From Octopus bimaculoides (lineage: Eukaryota): DNA of 37,294 bases. The notes beneath the pieces were generated by a model. That model saw only the letters and a list, made by a program, of their open reading frames with translations. It ran no database searches and was not told where the DNA came from. The position numbers and the translations under genes are program-made. Shown piece by piece: positions 34,376 through 37,294 of this stretch. The DNA is taken from positions 10,968,612-11,005,905 of the forward strand of contig NC_069005.1 in NCBI RefSeq assembly GCF_001194135.2, in the 5' to 3' direction. The first letter of the stretch is position 1, and each line of letters starts with the position of its first letter.

Positions 34376-35010
34376 GTGTAGGAATGGCTGTGTGGTAAAT
34401 AGCTTGCTTACGAACCACATGGTTCCGGGTTCAGTCCCACTGCGTGGCACCTTGGGCAAGTGTCTTCTACTATAGCCTCGGGCCGACCAAAGCCTTGTGA
34501 GTGGATTTGGTAGACGGAAACTGAAAGAAGCCCGTCGTATATATATATAGATATATATATATGTGTCTGTGTTTGTCNNNNNNNNNNNNNNNNNNNNNNN
34601 NNNNNNNNNATATTATGATTGACCGTTGACTGAACACTATTCTATTTTTTTTTTCTCCGTGTTTTTTCCTTGTCTCCGTATTCTTTCTGTTGAAGAGCGT
34701 AGCTCGAAACGTCAAAGACTTTCCGTATTCCCGAGCGTCATACTAATATATACTTTTGTTATTTACACCACCTGTCCTCGTCTGTTGTTATTTTTTGTAT
34801 ATTCTCCCATATATATATAGATATATATATATGTGTCTGTGTTTGTCCCCCACTATCACTTGACAACCGATGCTGGTGTACTTACGTCCCTGTAAATTAG
34901 CGGTTCGGCAAAAGAGACCGATAGAATAAGTACTAGGCTTACAAAGAATAAGTCCTGGGGTCGATTTGGCTGCAGCCAAATGACTAGTACAAGTAAGAGA
35001 TAAAAGATAA
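34376..35010 (+). mobile_element. SINE family A, well-preserved copy interrupted by a gap and a hammerhead-like element
   Basis: tRNA-like head (ggttcagtccc B-box-like), CORE-like ccttgggcaagtgtctt, (TA)n centre, and a tail ending in (ATAAAAG)-type repeats. Confidence 0.85.
34614..34815 (+). mobile_element. Short dispersed element carrying a hammerhead-like motif, copy 2
   Basis: tcttt-CTGTTGA-A-GAGC gta GCTC-GAAACGTC-aaaga; homologous to 7635-7830. Confidence 0.6.
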
Positions 35011-35139
35011 TAAAGATGAATAGCAAAGGAAGAGATTCCTATTTATCCTACAAATAAATTACGTTCATTATGTGCTATGGTGATGATTCATTGGATGGTT
35101 ATACAGCAACAGTGTTAGTCCCATCATCATTATTATTTT

Positions 35140-35365
35140 AACTGTCTCCTTTCCATTGCCTGCTAGAGTCAGACAGTATTTCTTGAGGCAGATTTATCTA
35201 TGGCCAGATGCCCTTCCTGTCACCAAACCTCACCTGTTTCCATGCAAGGTCATATTTCCCCATGACCGGACATGTTTTTGCAGAAGATTGGAAATGAATG
35301 ACACTGCTTGTATGACAGTGACACTCATTTACAACTGTCACACGCTGTCAAGACAAGGAGACACA
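35140..35365. mobile_element. Dispersed repeat sharing the gatgcccttcct motif with the RTE tail
   Basis: Homologous to 15770-15990. Confidence 0.6.
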
Positions 35366-36039
35366 AACAAACACATATATATATATATACACCTGTGTAT
35401 TTATATATATATATATAGATGCTTAAAAATTTTTTTGATAGCTTCCTTGGAAATTTCATGCAGTAATAAAAACTTCATTATCATCATCATCATCATTTAA
35501 CGTCTGTTGTCCATGCTGGCATGGGTTGGACAGTTTGACCAGGGCTGGCAAACTGGAAGGCTGCACCAGACTCCAGTCTGATTTGGCATGGTTTCTATGG
35601 CTGGATGCCCTTCCTAATGTCAACCACTCCAAGAGTGTAATGGGTACTTTTACTTGCACCCATTTAGAAGGTTTATTCTTATGGCTGGTCAGACAATGAC
35701 CATTGGTCTTTTGTTTTACAGGGAGTCGTTGTGCTCCTATAACATTACTGCTGTTGTTTGCCCAAATACATAACTCCTAGTAAAATGCAAAAAGAAAAAA
35801 TTATTCTTTCTACCATAGGCACAAGGCCTGAAATTTTGAGGGTGGGGACTAATCAATTACATTGAACCCAATACACGACTGGTACTTATTTTATTGATCC
35901 TGGAGGGATGAAAGGAACATAAACGTCAGTGGTATTTGAAATTAGAATGTGAAGATGGAAAGAATGCCACCAAGAATTTTATCAGGCTTGCTAATGATTC
36001 TTATTTCTTTATTGCCCACAAGGGGCTAAACATAGAGGG

Positions 36040-36230
36040 GACAAACAAGAACAGACAAAGGGATTAAGTCGATTACATCGACCACAGTGCATAACTGGTA
36101 CTTAATTTATCGACCACCGAAAGGATGAAAGGCAAAGTCGACCTTGGCGGAATTTGAACTCAGAACGTAACGGCAGACGAAATACCGCTAAGCATTTCGC
36201 CCAGCGTGCTAACGATTCTGCCAGCTCGTT
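36040..36230 (-). mobile_element. SINE family B copy whose head is expanded into a minisatellite
   Basis: Reverse complement matches 3222-3450. Confidence 0.85.
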
Positions 36231-36578
36231 CACCTTAGGCTTGCTGACGCTTCTGCCAGCTCGTTCACCTTAGGCTTGCTGACGCTTCTGCCAGCTCGTT
36301 CACCTTANNNNNNNNNNNNNNNNNNNNNNNNNNNNNNNNNNNNNNNNNNNNNNNNNNNNNNNNNNNNNNNNNNNNNNNNNNNNNNNNNNNNNNNNNNNNN
36401 NNNNNNNNNNNNNNNNNNNNNNNNNNNNNNNNNNNNNNNNNNNNNNNNNNNNNNNNNNNNNNNNNNNNNNNNNNNNNNNNNNNNNNNNNNNNNNNNNNNN
36501 NNNNNNNNNNNTTGCTGACGCTTCTGCCAGCTCGTTCACCTTAGGCTTGCTGACGCTTCTGCCAGCTCGCCGCCTTAA
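36216..36578. repeat. 35-bp minisatellite (TTCTGCCAGCTCGTTCACCTTAGGCTTGCTGACGC)n spanning a gap
   Basis: Units start at 36216, 36251 and 36286; identical units resume after gap 36308-36511. No spacers. Confidence 0.95.
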
Positions 36579-37294
36579 GAAACAACAGAAAAACCTTTTT
36601 TTTTTTTTTTTTTTTACATCTTTCATTGTTTATGTTTTACTTGATTTATTCATTGACTGTAATTATACAGAGGCCTCCACCTTGAAGGGTTTAAACAAAC
36701 AAATTAATCCCAATACTTACTTTACTTTATAAGTCTGGTATTATTCTATCAGTCTCTTTTTCTGAACCACTAAGTTATGGGGATGTAGCAAACCTGCATA
36801 ATCACCAAGCAATGAAGGGGAAGACAAACACACACACACACACACACAGGCACATATACATACACGAGCTTCCACACACTTTCAGTCTATCAATTTCACC
36901 TACAAGTTATTTGTTGGCCCAGGGCTATAGTAAAAGACACTTGCCCAAGATACCACACAATGAGATTGAACCAAAAACCACGTCACTGGAAAGTGAGCTT
37001 CTTAACCAAACAGCCATGCTTGCACCTCAAAGAGGACAATCAGTTTTGCAATATATATATGAGGAGTGGGGAGAGGTGAAAAGTGTTTGGCTTTGGGTAA
37101 AAAAAATCCAGGAGGATCAGTTAATTATGATTTTATTCAACATATTTCCGTCTAAGATTCTCACACTTGTTGCAGTGGTCCTTCAGTTTTTCTAAGCCCT
37201 ACAAAAGAACTTGGAAGGTTAGGCCTCCAACCAGGCCTTTCATGATATCCTTAAGCCAGAAACTCTTCAGTAGCCCCTCATATATATATATATA

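Noticed and set aside
36216-36578. 35-bp repeats as a CRISPR array
   Set aside because: Head-to-tail units with no spacers, derived from a SINE, in a eukaryotic context with no cas genes.

Overview
Eukaryotic, AT-rich, repeat-saturated genomic DNA from a gapped short-read assembly. N gaps lie at 1485-2122, 2650-2883, 11653-12111, 23075-23997, 27520-27763, 34578-34609 and 36308-36511. The repeat content (tRNA-derived SINEs with central microsatellites, RTE LINE tails ending in (GAT)n, dense GT/TA/GATA microsatellites) suggests an Octopus-type cephalopod; this is inference. The one confidently identified gene is DRG1 (developmentally regulated GTP-binding protein 1, OBG/DRG family) on the minus strand. 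Its CDS runs from ATG 32090 to TAA 16404 in 9 exons with GT-AG boundaries and consistent phases; most of exon 2 falls in an assembly gap. An ETS-site promoter lies just upstream. A second, unrecognised 190-codon stop-free frame (663-1232, minus) looks like the terminal exon of another gene. The rest is transposon debris (mariner, hAT, piggyBac MITE, HINE-like, RTE, R4/Dong-like, SINEs) and microsatellites. The most interesting signals are: hammerhead-ribozyme-like motifs of the Penelope/retrozyme type, including a dispersed family with a non-canonical CUGUUGA core; a fold-back element with a telomere-like core in DRG1 intron 1; a minisatellite born from a SINE head; inverted repeat pairs in the DRG1 pre-mRNA; and a duplicated promoter motif. 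All calls are by eye with no database searches, and repeat boundaries are approximate.
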